Assembly (NCBI GenBank): GCA_963779755.1
Contig: CAVZZO010000003.1
Location: 960,001-1,024,000, forward strand
DNA from: an uncultured Gemmatimonadales bacterium
GTDB taxonomy: Bacteria > Gemmatimonadota > Gemmatimonadetes > Gemmatimonadales > GWC2-71-9
DNA length: 64,000 nt
Direction: 5' to 3'
Shown here: positions 9,595-18,379 of the stretch, in pieces
Numbering within the stretch: the stretch's first letter is position 1
How the letters are laid out: each line of letters begins with the position of its first letter
Notes under the pieces: model-generated
Told to the model about the DNA's origin: nothing
Database searches by the model: none
Seen by the model: the letters and a program-made list of their open reading frames with translations, nothing else
Made by a program: the position numbers and the translations under genes

Positions 9595-10341
9595 ATGAAA
9601 CGGCTCGTATTGCTGCGGCACGGCGAGAGCGTCTGGAACCGGGAAAACCGCTTCACCGGCTGGACCGACGTCGGCCTGTCGGAAAAGGGCATCGCCGAGG
9701 CGATCCAGGCCGGCGTGACGCTCCGCGACGCGGGCTACCTCTTTGATGTCGCCTACACCTCGGTCCTGAAGCGCGCCATCAAGACCCTCTGGCTCGCGCT
9801 GGAAGAGATGGACCTCATGTGGATCCCGGTGCGCCGCAGCTGGCGACTCAACGAGCGCCACTACGGGGCGCTCCAGGGCCTCAACAAGGCCGAGACGGCG
9901 GAGCAGCACGGCGAAGCCCAGGTGAAGATCTGGCGCCGGAGCTACGACATCCGCCCGCCGGCTCTCACGCCGGACGACCCGCGCTTCCCGGGCAACGATC
10001 CCCGCTACGCGAAGCTGCGGCCCGGCGAGCTGCCGCTCACCGAATGCCTGAAGGACACGGTGGAGCGCTTCCTCCCCTACTGGCACCAGGAGATCGCCCC
10101 GGCGATCGAACGGGGCGACCGGGTGCTGATCGCCGCCCACGGCAACAGCCTCCGGGCACTGATCAAGTACCTGGACAATATCTCGGATGAGGAGATCGTC
10201 GGGCTCAACGTACCCACCGGCATTCCACTGGTCTACGAGCTGAACGACGATCTGACCCCGATCCGGAGCTACTACCTGGGCGACCAGGAGGCGGTGCAGG
10301 CCGCCCAGCAGGCGGTGGCGGCGCAGGGGAAGAAGGCCTAG
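9595..10341 (+). CDS. gpmA: 2,3-bisphosphoglycerate-dependent phosphoglycerate mutase
   Basis: [26 protein letters not shown] and [10 protein letters not shown] motifs. Confidence 0.97.
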   Translation: MKRLVLLRHGESVWNRENRFTGWTDVGLSEKGIAEAIQAGVTLRDAGYLFDVAYTSVLKRAIKTLWLALEEMDLMWIPVRRSWRLNERHYGALQGLNKAETAEQHGEAQVKIWRRSYDIRPPALTPDDPRFPGNDPRYAKLRPGELPLTECLKDTVERFLPYWHQEIAPAIERGDRVLIAAHGNSLRALIKYLDNISDEEIVGLNVPTGIPLVYELNDDLTPIRSYYLGDQEAVQAAQQAVAAQGKKA

Positions 10342-10348
10342 CAACGGG

Positions 10349-10377
10349 TGGCAATAGGCTGGTGCGCCGGTTACATT
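10349..10377 (+). promoter_or_regulatory. Putative sigma-70 promoter reading into the repeat array and tRNA-Pro
   Basis: TGGCAA-N17-TACATT, followed by a GC-rich discriminator. Confidence 0.55.
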
Positions 10378-10386
10378 CCGCGCCCG

Positions 10387-10797
10387 CGCAGGACGGCCCT
10401 AAAGGACTTCCTCGCGGCTCTTATTGGAGGCCGCTCGGTCGCAGGACGGCAGGACGGCCCTAAAGGACTTCCTCGCGGCTCTTATTGGAGGCCGCTCGGT
10501 CGCAGGACGGCCCTAAAGGACTTCCTCGCGGCTCTTATTGGAGGCCGCTCGGTCGCAGGACGGCCCTAAAGGACTTCCTCGCGGCTCTTATTGGAGGCCG
10601 CTCGGTCGCAGGACGGCCCTAAAGGACTTCCTCGCGGCTCTTATTGGAGGCCGCTCGGTCGCAGGACGGCCCTAAAGGACTTCCTCGCGGCTCTTATTGG
10701 AGGCCGCTCGGTCGCAGGACGGCAGGACGGCAGGACGGCAGGACGGCAGGACGGCAGGACGGCAGGACGGCAGGACGGCAGGACGGCAGGACGGCAG
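10387..10797 (+). repeat. Composite tandem array: six 53-bp units then (GCAGGACG)x10
   Basis: Units start at 10387, 10440 (carries one extra octamer), 10501, 10554, 10607 and 10660; pure octamer run 10714-10793. Confidence 0.95.
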
Positions 10798-10843
10798 CCA
10801 GAAAATACCAGGCTGATGGCTAATAGCCTGCAGCTTCGGTCCA

Positions 10844-10918
10844 CGGGGCGTAGCGCAGTCCGGTCAGCGCGCCTGCTTCGGGAGCAGGAGGTCCCCGGTT
10901 CAAATCCGGGCGCCCCGA
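10844..10918 (+). tRNA. tRNA-Pro(CGG)
   Basis: CGGGGCG/CGCCCCG acceptor stem, anticodon CGG. Confidence 0.96.
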
Positions 10919-10924
10919 TAGGAA

Positions 10925-10967
10925 GACGGGAGCAGGACGGGAGGGCCGTCCTGCTCCCGTCATTTTT
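10925..10967 (+). terminator. Intrinsic terminator after tRNA-Pro
   Basis: 16-bp perfect stem GACGGGAGCAGGACGG/CCGTCCTGCTCCCGTC followed by ATTTTT. Confidence 0.8.
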
Positions 10968-11523
10968 CCATCCTGTTCGCGCCAGCTTCCTCGCTCTGCC
11001 GTCCTGCTCCCGGCAGCACGATATCCTCCAGAAAGAACGCCGCGAGCTCCGCCCGGCCCTGCAGGCGCGATTTCTGATAGACCGCCACGGCGTGCTGCCG
11101 CACGGTGCGCTCGCTGCGCCCGGTGGCGGCGGCGATCTGCTTGTGGCCGTGCCCCTTGAGCAGCATGAGCGCCACCTCCCGCTCCGCCGGCGTGAGCTGC
11201 CACGCCGTGAACTGGTCGTTCACCGCCCGGCCCAGCCCTTCCAGCGCCCGTTCCGCCCGTTCCCGCCAGGCGTCCCGTTCCGCCTGGCGCTCGGTCAGAC
11301 TGCGCCGCAGCGAAGCGGCCGACCGCTCCGCCCGCCCCCATCCCCGCCACAACCAGGCTGTGGTTGCCAGCCCGGCGGCGATCAGGGCCAGCTCATAGAG
11401 CACATGGATCGAGAGCCAGGAGTCCGGCGCATCCAGGGCCAGGTCCAGCATCCCACCGCCTGCGATGGCCAGCAGCAGCACGGTGAGCGGTACGCGGACC
11501 TGTTTCGGCGTGAGTTCGGTCAT
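10960..11523 (-). CDS. Membrane-anchored LuxR-family HTH regulator
   Basis: Two N-terminal TM helices, a coiled coil, and LTPAEREVALMLLKGHGHKQIAA...SERTVRQH. Confidence 0.88.
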   Translation of the reverse strand: MTELTPKQVRVPLTVLLLAIAGGGMLDLALDAPDSWLSIHVLYELALIAAGLATTAWLWRGWGRAERSAASLRRSLTERQAERDAWRERAERALEGLGRAVNDQFTAWQLTPAEREVALMLLKGHGHKQIAAATGRSERTVRQHAVAVYQKSRLQGRAELAAFFLEDIVLPGAGRQSEEAGANRMEK

Positions 11524-11659
11524 CAGGGGCTCCGGAGCACTCCGTCATCTGCCGGGTACGGGGGGAAAATACGCCGGGTGGCCGGGATGCGTCGAATGTC
11601 GGATAGCGACGGCGGCGCCAGGCTGCCATGATCGGGCAACCTTCAACCGGAGCCGTACC

Positions 11660-12193
11660 ATGTTGCCTGATCCTCTGCACCCGGCGATCGTCCACTTCCC
11701 CGTGGTGCTGATGTTCCTTCTGCCCCTCGTGGCCCTGGCCACACTCTGGCGCATCCGCCGCGGTGCCTCCCCACTCCGCGCCTGGGCGATTACCGTCGCG
11801 GTCGCCGCAGCGCTCGCGCTCAGCGCCTGGGCCGCGGTACAGACAGGCGAGACCCAGATGGAGCGGGTCGAGGACGCCATGGCCGAGGCGCCCCTGGAGA
11901 ACCACGAAGAGATGGCCGAACGATTCCTCGCCCTTTCGGTTGGACTGCTGATCCTGAGCGGGGCGGGACTGTTCCGCGGCCGGGTGGGATCGGTGGCGCG
12001 GGGCGTGGCCGCGGTCGGCACCTTCGGCCTGCTGGCGGCCGGCGTCCCGGTGGGCCACTCGGGCGGCCAGCTGGTGTACCGCTACGGCGCGGCCTCGGCG
12101 TACATCGCCAGCACCGGAAGCGGCGCGCCCGGCACAGCCGGGAGCCCGAATGCGGAGCAGGGCGCTCGCGGGCGGGACAGGGACGGGGACTAA
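11660..12193 (+). CDS. DUF2231-like membrane protein
   Basis: PLHPAIVHFP start, TGE...HEE and GHSGGQLVYRYG motifs. Confidence 0.82.
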   Translation: MLPDPLHPAIVHFPVVLMFLLPLVALATLWRIRRGASPLRAWAITVAVAAALALSAWAAVQTGETQMERVEDAMAEAPLENHEEMAERFLALSVGLLILSGAGLFRGRVGSVARGVAAVGTFGLLAAGVPVGHSGGQLVYRYGAASAYIASTGSGAPGTAGSPNAEQGARGRDRDGD

Positions 12194-12990
12194 CGCTCCC
12201 GCTCCGGCTCACCCCCGAGCGGCATCTCGAACCGGCTCTTGAGGGCAAAGCGATCGCCCTCGGACCCGAGCCCAACGCCGACGCCCAGGTTGAACGCGAA
12301 GTCATCTCCCAGGCGGAGAGTAACCCCCGGATAGACCTGATGCGCCTGTTCGCCGCGAGGGAACAGGCGCGACAGGTGGCCGGCCGAGCCCAGGTATTCC
12401 AGTTGCAGTGTGACGCTGGGGCTCACATCCACCGCAATCCGGGCCCCGGGTTCCAGTTCCCAACCGTCCTTCGACTCCGGACCGTTCAGGTCCCGCTCCA
12501 GGGAGGGGGTGAATCCCAGCAGCAAACTTCCCCAGCGCCGCTCCAGAATCGGGGTGACTTCCAGGGTGGCGGAGCTCTCACTGAACGCGGGTCGCGCAAA
12601 CTCCATTTCCACCGACAGACCCAGGTCCACAGGGAGGTGCCAGGCTCCGGGAGCTCGCACGCGGGTACGACCCCGCCAGCCCGCAAACTCCACCCCGCCC
12701 CCGGCCCGGGTGGCGCCGAGCAGGTAGCCGGAGACCTCCCAGAAATCGCTCAGCCCGCGTGTCACCTCGAGCGCGAGGCGACCCTGGTGCTCGCTGGGCG
12801 CCACCCGGGCGTCAAAGTCGCGGGTGCCCCGCGTCGTGTAGGTGAGATGGGTCTCCAGTTCCCAGGCGCCGGCGGGCACCGTCGCATAACCGTAGACCTC
12901 CGGCTCGAACCGGTCCTGGGCGGCAAGGGGGGCCCAAACAGGAAGAATGGCGGACGCGATGGCAGGTATAGCCCACAGGCGCAAGGGCAT
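12190..12990 (-). CDS. Secreted, probable outer-membrane beta-barrel protein of unknown function
   Basis: Signal peptide, alternating amphipathic beta pattern, terminal strand FALKSRFEMP. Confidence 0.7.
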   Translation of the reverse strand: MPLRLWAIPAIASAILPVWAPLAAQDRFEPEVYGYATVPAGAWELETHLTYTTRGTRDFDARVAPSEHQGRLALEVTRGLSDFWEVSGYLLGATRAGGGVEFAGWRGRTRVRAPGAWHLPVDLGLSVEMEFARPAFSESSATLEVTPILERRWGSLLLGFTPSLERDLNGPESKDGWELEPGARIAVDVSPSVTLQLEYLGSAGHLSRLFPRGEQAHQVYPGVTLRLGDDFAFNLGVGVGLGSEGDRFALKSRFEMPLGGEPERER

Positions 12991-13068
12991 GCTTGGCTCT
13001 CCATAGTCTTATGCCGGAACGAAATGGAAAGCCGAATATATCGGTCGGAAATTTTGACGCAATAACTA

Positions 13069-13087
13069 GATGAGAATCGTTATCATC
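13069..13087. promoter_or_regulatory. Fur-box-like operator
   Basis: GATGAGAATCGTTATCATC; the core TGAGAAT-C-GTTATCA resembles the 7-1-7 Fur box TGATAAT-N-ATTATCA. It adjoins a minus-strand TTGCGT-N16-TATATT promoter. Confidence 0.7.
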
Positions 13088-13124
13088 GCCCAGACTTTGT
13101 TACGAAAGCCCGGATTGCCGCAGC

Positions 13125-13526
13125 TTACATCTTCCCGTTCGCCACCGCCCGGACGATGTCGCTCTGGGAAATCACGCCCACCAGCTGGCCTTCGTCCTCC
13201 ACGAAGAGCCGGTGCACGCCCAGGTACAGCATCTGCTGCGCGGCCTGCTTGGCATCGGTCTCGGGCGCCACGGAGGCGGGCCGCGGGGTCATGATATCGC
13301 GGACGGCCGTGTCCTCGAGATAGGTCTCCGGGCGCTTGGCCCGGCCATCTTCCGCCAGGGCACTCAGCACATCGGTGGTGGACAACACCCCGACGAGCCG
13401 GTGATGCGCATCGATGACGGGCACACCGGAGACGTGTTCATCCGCCAGGGTGACGATCGCCTCAGCCAGGCTGGTGTCGCTGGCCACGCTGACCACCTTC
13501 GGTTGCATCAGATCGGCGACTTTCAT
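13125..13526 (-). CDS. Stand-alone CBS-pair protein
   Basis: MKVADLM...HVSGVPVID...VRDIMT...GVISQSDIV; GGAGG RBS. Confidence 0.9.
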   Translation of the reverse strand: MKVADLMQPKVVSVASDTSLAEAIVTLADEHVSGVPVIDAHHRLVGVLSTTDVLSALAEDGRAKRPETYLEDTAVRDIMTPRPASVAPETDAKQAAQQMLYLGVHRLFVEDEGQLVGVISQSDIVRAVANGKM

Positions 13527-13567
13527 ACCCGCCTCCTGGACCGTGCCTGTCATCATGCCCTCCTGCC

Positions 13568-13611
13568 AGAATACGCCCTGGAGTTTGAGGAATTTCTGAA
13601 GAACCCGGGAA
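13568..13611 (-). promoter_or_regulatory. 11-bp-phased direct-repeat promoter of the CBS gene
   Basis: Minus strand TTCCC-N6-TTCAG-N6-CTCAA-N11-TATTCT. Confidence 0.6.
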
Positions 13612-13618
13612 GGACCGA

Positions 13619-14461
13619 TCAGTGAGGCCCCAGCAGGCGCGCGCGCCATGCCAGGCTGAGCGAGAACGCCGGGGCGGTTTCGGTGAGGCCGGCCGCGGCA
13701 CTCAGCACCCATGACGGCGTGCCGGTGCGGAGGAGCGAGAGTGTCGCGCTGACCGGCGGATCGTAGCCGTCCAGGACGGTCGTGCTGCCCGAGAGTGACA
13801 GCGAGGCACCCCAGCCGCTGGGCCGGAGCACGGCCAGGCTGAGGGACCCCTGAAAGGGGTCCCGGAGGTTCAGATCGGGAAGGTCACCCAGGTGCCACCA
13901 GGCAAGGTCGGCACCGACCAGCGTGGTCGTTCCAATGATATGCGAGAGCGAGACGCCGGCGCCGGCATCCCACTGGCCGGTGCCGTAGGTCGCCGTATCG
14001 GCCAGGGGAGCCTTGGCCAGCGCCGAAATTCCCAGTGCGGTGCGGCCGCCGAGCAGCTGCAGCGAGCCCTGCAGCAGCGGGTCGCCTACGGCCAGGTTGT
14101 ACCCGGTATAGGCGGACGACGGCACCACGACCGGCCCCCGCGCCATCCCCATGCCTCCCCCGCCCGAGCCCTGCCGGCCGGAGTCGGCCACGACGCCGCT
14201 GTTGGACCCGCCGGAAGGCACGCTCCCCATCCCGCTGGCGGTGAGGAGGGTGCTGTTCTGCAGAATCAGCGGCAGCGATGCGCGCAGGGTCAGGCGCCCG
14301 GCGGAGAGGGCGAGCCCGCTCTGCAGGGACCAGGTGGTGATCGGGTCGGCAAAGATGTACGACCCCCGGCTCAACCCCAGGCTGCCTTCGTAGTGCAGCC
14401 CCTGCGCCGCAAGCGGCGCAGGGGCAAGGACGAGCAGCACTGCCGTCAGAACGTGCTTCAT
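13619..14461 (-). CDS. Secreted, probable beta-barrel protein
   Basis: Signal peptide (LAAQ), beta-strand pattern, Gly/Met loop (GGGGMGM), DTATYGTGQWD. Confidence 0.7.
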   Translation of the reverse strand: MKHVLTAVLLVLAPAPLAAQGLHYEGSLGLSRGSYIFADPITTWSLQSGLALSAGRLTLRASLPLILQNSTLLTASGMGSVPSGGSNSGVVADSGRQGSGGGGMGMARGPVVVPSSAYTGYNLAVGDPLLQGSLQLLGGRTALGISALAKAPLADTATYGTGQWDAGAGVSLSHIIGTTTLVGADLAWWHLGDLPDLNLRDPFQGSLSLAVLRPSGWGASLSLSGSTTVLDGYDPPVSATLSLLRTGTPSWVLSAAAGLTETAPAFSLSLAWRARLLGPH

Positions 14462-14913
14462 GGAGCGGTCTGCCCGATCACCTTCTGCAGGGCAAGATGA
14501 GCCTGCTCCATCTCCTGCTCCATATGGCGCAGCCGCTGCTGCAGCTCATCGGCCTGGCGGAGCCGGTCGCGATCCTTCTGCAGCGTGGGATCCTGATGGA
14601 TCCGGTCCATGTCGCGGATCATCAGGTGGAGCTGGTCGCCGGCCTTCTCCATGGCCTGGCCCATGTCCCGATATTGCTGCTGAGCCTGGTTCTGTTCCAT
14701 CCATTGATTGGTGGCGCGGACCCGTTCCACCAGCTTGTCCATCTGCTGCTGCATCTGCTGCATCTGCTGCATGCGCTGCTGGTGCTCCAGCTGCTGCTGC
14801 TGCTGGGTCGGCTGCGCCATGGGCCGATCCGGCGCCCTGGTGGGCTGCTGGGCCACGGCGGCGGCCGGAAGGGCCAGCGCCAGAGCACAGGCAGCGGCAA
14901 GCATACGTTTCAT
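14458..14913 (-). CDS. Secreted Gln/Met-rich helical protein (Spy/CpxP-like character)
   Basis: Signal peptide MKRMLAAACALALALPAAAVA, then Q/M-rich helical repeats. Confidence 0.75.
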   Translation of the reverse strand: MKRMLAAACALALALPAAAVAQQPTRAPDRPMAQPTQQQQQLEHQQRMQQMQQMQQQMDKLVERVRATNQWMEQNQAQQQYRDMGQAMEKAGDQLHLMIRDMDRIHQDPTLQKDRDRLRQADELQQRLRHMEQEMEQAHLALQKVIGQTAP

Positions 14914-14960
14914 GACCCACCTCGCTTCCAGAGAAAACACCACAACTGCTTCGTAGCGGC

Positions 14961-15015
14961 AACCTAGAGGAGAGGCCATGAACCAGCAGTGAACCGGAGG
15001 TGAAAGAACCGCGAA
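14961..15015 (-). promoter_or_regulatory. 11-bp-phased direct-repeat promoter of the Gln/Met-protein operon
   Basis: Minus strand TTCGC-N6-TTCAC-N6-TTCAC-N6-TTCAT-N11-TAGGTT. Confidence 0.7.
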
Positions 15016-15269
15016 AGAACCGGCGCATGCCGGGCTCGTCGCGGATCAGGTTGGGGGGCTACGGATTGGGGGTGGGTGTGACCTGGATCACACACTCGAC
15101 GGCGGGATAGCTGAACCCGTTATTCGCCTGGGCAATGGGACGAACCGTGGCTCCTCGTCCGGGACGGGATCGGGAGCGCTCTGCCGCGGCGCCTGGTTGG
15201 CGCCGATGCCCGGCATCCGCCGGGCCTTGATCCCTATCACCAATCGGGCGACATTCCCTGCCCGCAAAC

Positions 15270-15343
15270 GGGTCCGTAGCTCAGTTGGATAGAGCGCTTG
15301 CCTCCGGAGCAAGAGGTCGCGCGTTCGAATCGCGCCGGGCCCA
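15270..15343 (+). tRNA. tRNA-Arg(CCG)
   Basis: Cloverleaf with anticodon CCG; upstream TTGATC-N17-GACATT. Confidence 0.95.
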
Positions 15344-15627
15344 TGCACTTACGCCTCGGTCGCCGTTCCCGGTCGCCCTTGCGCTGCATCGCCATCCCGT
15401 ACGTCGCAACGCCCCGGCCCACGGCCGGGGCGTTCTGCATGGCGGGTCACCACCGGCCAGCGAGTCGCGCGCGACCGCGCCAGCACCGCGCGGCGGATCG
15501 GGAAGAGGCAGCGCTGAAGCCACGCCGTTCGGTCAGCCCGCGGGATGAACGGCCTCTTCTCTCGCCTTTCACAGTCGTTTCAGAGCCGGGATGGAAACCT
15601 ACTCCTGACCCTGAGCAGGAGTACATC

Positions 15628-16551
15628 ATGAGTGACTGGACGGCAATCCTCGCCGGTGTGGATGCCCACGAAGAAGGCGCCTGGGCCGCCACGACAGCCT
15701 GGCGCCTTGCGCAGCGTTCCGGGGCGGCATGTTATCTGGTGCATGCCATCCCCCCCGTGTGGCCGGTGGGCGCCGCGGGGCCGGCCGACACGGTGGACGT
15801 GGGCGGCCTGCGGGATGAGGTCTTCCAGAAGGTGCGGGAGCGGCTGGAGCAAGCCCTGGCCGCGCGGGTGCCGGCGGAGGCGCTGGAGCATCTTCAGCTG
15901 CAGACCGGGCGGCCTGCCCGGGTGCTTCACGACACTGCGCTGAAGGTACGCGCGGACCTGGTGGTCCTGGGGGCCAGGTACCATAGTGCCCTGGCCCGAT
16001 GGTTGGGAGGCAGCACCCTGCTGGCGGCGGCGCGCACGCTTGACGTGCCGCTCCTTGCCGCCACCCCATCCTCTGCCAGGATCGAGCGCATCCTCGCCGC
16101 GGTGGATCTCTCCGAGGCCGCGGGGCCGACCATCGCCGTCGCCGAACGATACGCCCGGCTGTTTGGAGCGGCGCTCCGGGTGGTGCACGTAGTCGAGACG
16201 CTCGTCTTCTCCTCGGATATGACCTACCCGACCAGGTTGGAACCGGCAGCGGCCGCCGTGCTCGAGAGGGAGGTCTGGCCGCTCCTGACCCTGCCGACCG
16301 CGGAGCACGTCATCCGGCACGGAACGGCACGCGAGGCGCTCGCCACCGAGGCCGCCGAATGGGGCGCCGACCTGCTGGTGGTCGGCTCCCATGGACGAGG
16401 GTGGATTGACCGCACCCTCCTGGGGAGTGTCACTGCAGCTCTGCTCAAGGACCTGCCCGTCTCAGTGCTCGTGGTGCCGGCAGGCCAGCCGAAGGCCCTG
16501 GGTGGCGACGTCGCGGTGGTGGAGGAGGCTGAGTTCGTCGCGAAGGCGTGA
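15628..16551 (+). CDS. Tandem-domain universal stress protein
   Basis: Two USP domains (ILAGVD...ADLVVLG; ILAAVDLS...ADLLVVGSHGRG...LLGSV); AGGAG RBS. Confidence 0.92.
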   Translation: MSDWTAILAGVDAHEEGAWAATTAWRLAQRSGAACYLVHAIPPVWPVGAAGPADTVDVGGLRDEVFQKVRERLEQALAARVPAEALEHLQLQTGRPARVLHDTALKVRADLVVLGARYHSALARWLGGSTLLAAARTLDVPLLAATPSSARIERILAAVDLSEAAGPTIAVAERYARLFGAALRVVHVVETLVFSSDMTYPTRLEPAAAAVLEREVWPLLTLPTAEHVIRHGTAREALATEAAEWGADLLVVGSHGRGWIDRTLLGSVTAALLKDLPVSVLVVPAGQPKALGGDVAVVEEAEFVAKA

Positions 16552-16605
16552 GCCGGCGCGAGGGTGCGACGCGGGAATCACCCCGGCCGACCTCATGGGC
16601 CGGGG

Positions 16606-16653
16606 GATCAGGAATCAGGAATCAGGAATCAGGAATCAGGAATCAGGAGTCAG
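16606..16653. repeat. (GGAATCA)n heptamer array
   Basis: About five perfect plus flanking degenerate copies between convergent genes. Confidence 0.9.
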
Positions 16654-16692
16654 CGCTTCCTCCGGACCCGGACGACTCCGCTCTTTTCCGCC

Positions 16693-18379
16693 TCACGGCG
16701 CGGCCAGATCGGCGGTGGGCAGGAATTGCGGCGCCTTGCGCATCCCCCTGGCCTGCTCATAGGCGTATCCCAGCCGCAGCAGCAGCGCCTCGGTCCAGGG
16801 CTTGCCCATGAAGGTGAGGCCGACCGGCAGGCCGAAGATGTAGCCCATCGGCACCGTCAGCGCGGGGTAGCCGGAGACCGCGGCGGGGGTGGAGTTCCCG
16901 CCGGTGAAATGGTCACCATTCACCAGGTCGGTGGTCCAGGCCGGGCCGCCGGTGGGCGCCACCAGCGCGTCCAGCCGCTGCTTCGCGAAGGCGACATCCA
17001 GCCCCTTCTTGCGCGACAGCTCCCCGCATTTCTTCAGGGCGTCGCGGTACTCCCTGCTGTCGAGGCCGCCCTTCTTCTGTGACTGGATCAACAGCTCCTG
17101 GCCAAAGTAGGGCAGCTCCTCTTTCGCATGCGCCTCGTTGAAGGCGATCAGCTCCTCCAGCGAGTGTACCGGCACCCCCGGCCCGCGGGTGGCGAAATAG
17201 GCATTGAGCCCAGCCTTGAACTCGTAGCGCAGCACCAGGCCCTCGGCGCGACCGTACTTGTCCTCGTCGGGAATCTCCACCGGGTCCACGATCACCGCTC
17301 CGGCCTGGCGCATGAGGTCAAGCGCCTCTTCCATCAATCGATCCACCCGCGCGTCGAAACCGGCGTCGGCCCGCACCACCCCGATGCGGGCGCCCTTGAG
17401 CGCCGCCGGATCGAGCCCGGCGGCATAGTCGTTCCGGATCTGCCCGCGCGCCGCCCGGGTGGCCGCATCGGCGGCATCCACGCCGGCCATGGCGCCCAGA
17501 AGGATGGCGGCGTCGGTCACCGTCCGGGCCATGGGGCCGGCGGTGTCCTGCGAGGCCGAAATGGGAATGATCCCGGTCCGGCTCACCAGCCCCACCGTGG
17601 GCTTGAGTCCCACCACCCCGTTAGCCGAGCTGGGACAGACCACCGAGCCGTCGGTTTCGGTCCCCACCGCCACGGCACAGAAGTTGGCGGAGACGCCGGC
17701 GCCCGAGCCGCTGCTGGAGCCGCAGGGATTGCGGTTGAGCGCGTAGGGATTGTGGCACTGCCGGCCGCGCCCGCTCCAGCCGCTGGTGGAATGGGAGCTC
17801 CGGAAATTGGCCCACTCACTCAGATTCGCCTTGCCCAGGATCACGGCACCCGCCGCGCGCAGCCGCGCCGCCACGAAGGCATCGTGCGGCGCCGGCTCCC
17901 CGTCCAGCGCGTAGGAGCCGGCGGTGGTCATCATCCGGTCGCCGGTGTCGATATTGTCCTTGAGCAGCACGGGAATGCCGTGCAGCGGGCCCCGCAGGTG
18001 TCCCGCCTTGCGCTCGGCGTCCAGCGCGGCGGCGATGGCCGGCGCCTCCGGATTGGTCTCGATCACCGCCCCCAGCGCGGGGCCCTGATCGTCCAGCGCA
18101 GCGATCCGCTCCAGGTAGAGCCGGGTAATGCCGGCGGACGACAGCTCTCCCGCGGCCATGCGCTGCTGCAGGCCGGCAACGGTGGCCTCTTCCAGTTCGA
18201 AGGGCGGCAGCGTGCGGCGGGCGCGGCGCGGGCGTACCCGACGGTGTCGCGGCGTGGACAACGGCGGGTCCGGCTGCCAGGGCCAGCCCCCCGGCGAGGG
18301 CCGCCTGGAGAAAATCACGACGGGCGAGGGACGGGTCGTTCGGCCCGGGCTCCGGGCTTTCCTTCCAGCGGATTGTCAT
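16693..18379 (-). CDS. Amidase-signature family enzyme with Tat signal, apparent frameshift near 18215-18260
   Basis: GPLHGIPVLLKDN, GSSSGSG and GTETDGS catalytic motifs; the RRDFLQAALAGGLALAA Tat peptide is in a different frame upstream. Start is uncertain. Confidence 0.85.

Noticed and set aside
10387..10713. CRISPR array
   Set aside because: The units are identical with no unique spacers, and no cas genes are present in the window.
10348..11631. ORFs with GRQDGRTA and PKGLPRGSYW repeats
   Set aside because: They are translations of the DNA repeat array, and the longest runs through tRNA-Pro and antisense to the LuxR gene.
10918..16551. tRNA-anchored genomic island or prophage
   Set aside because: No integrase, no duplicated tRNA 3' end and no clear compositional shift were seen.
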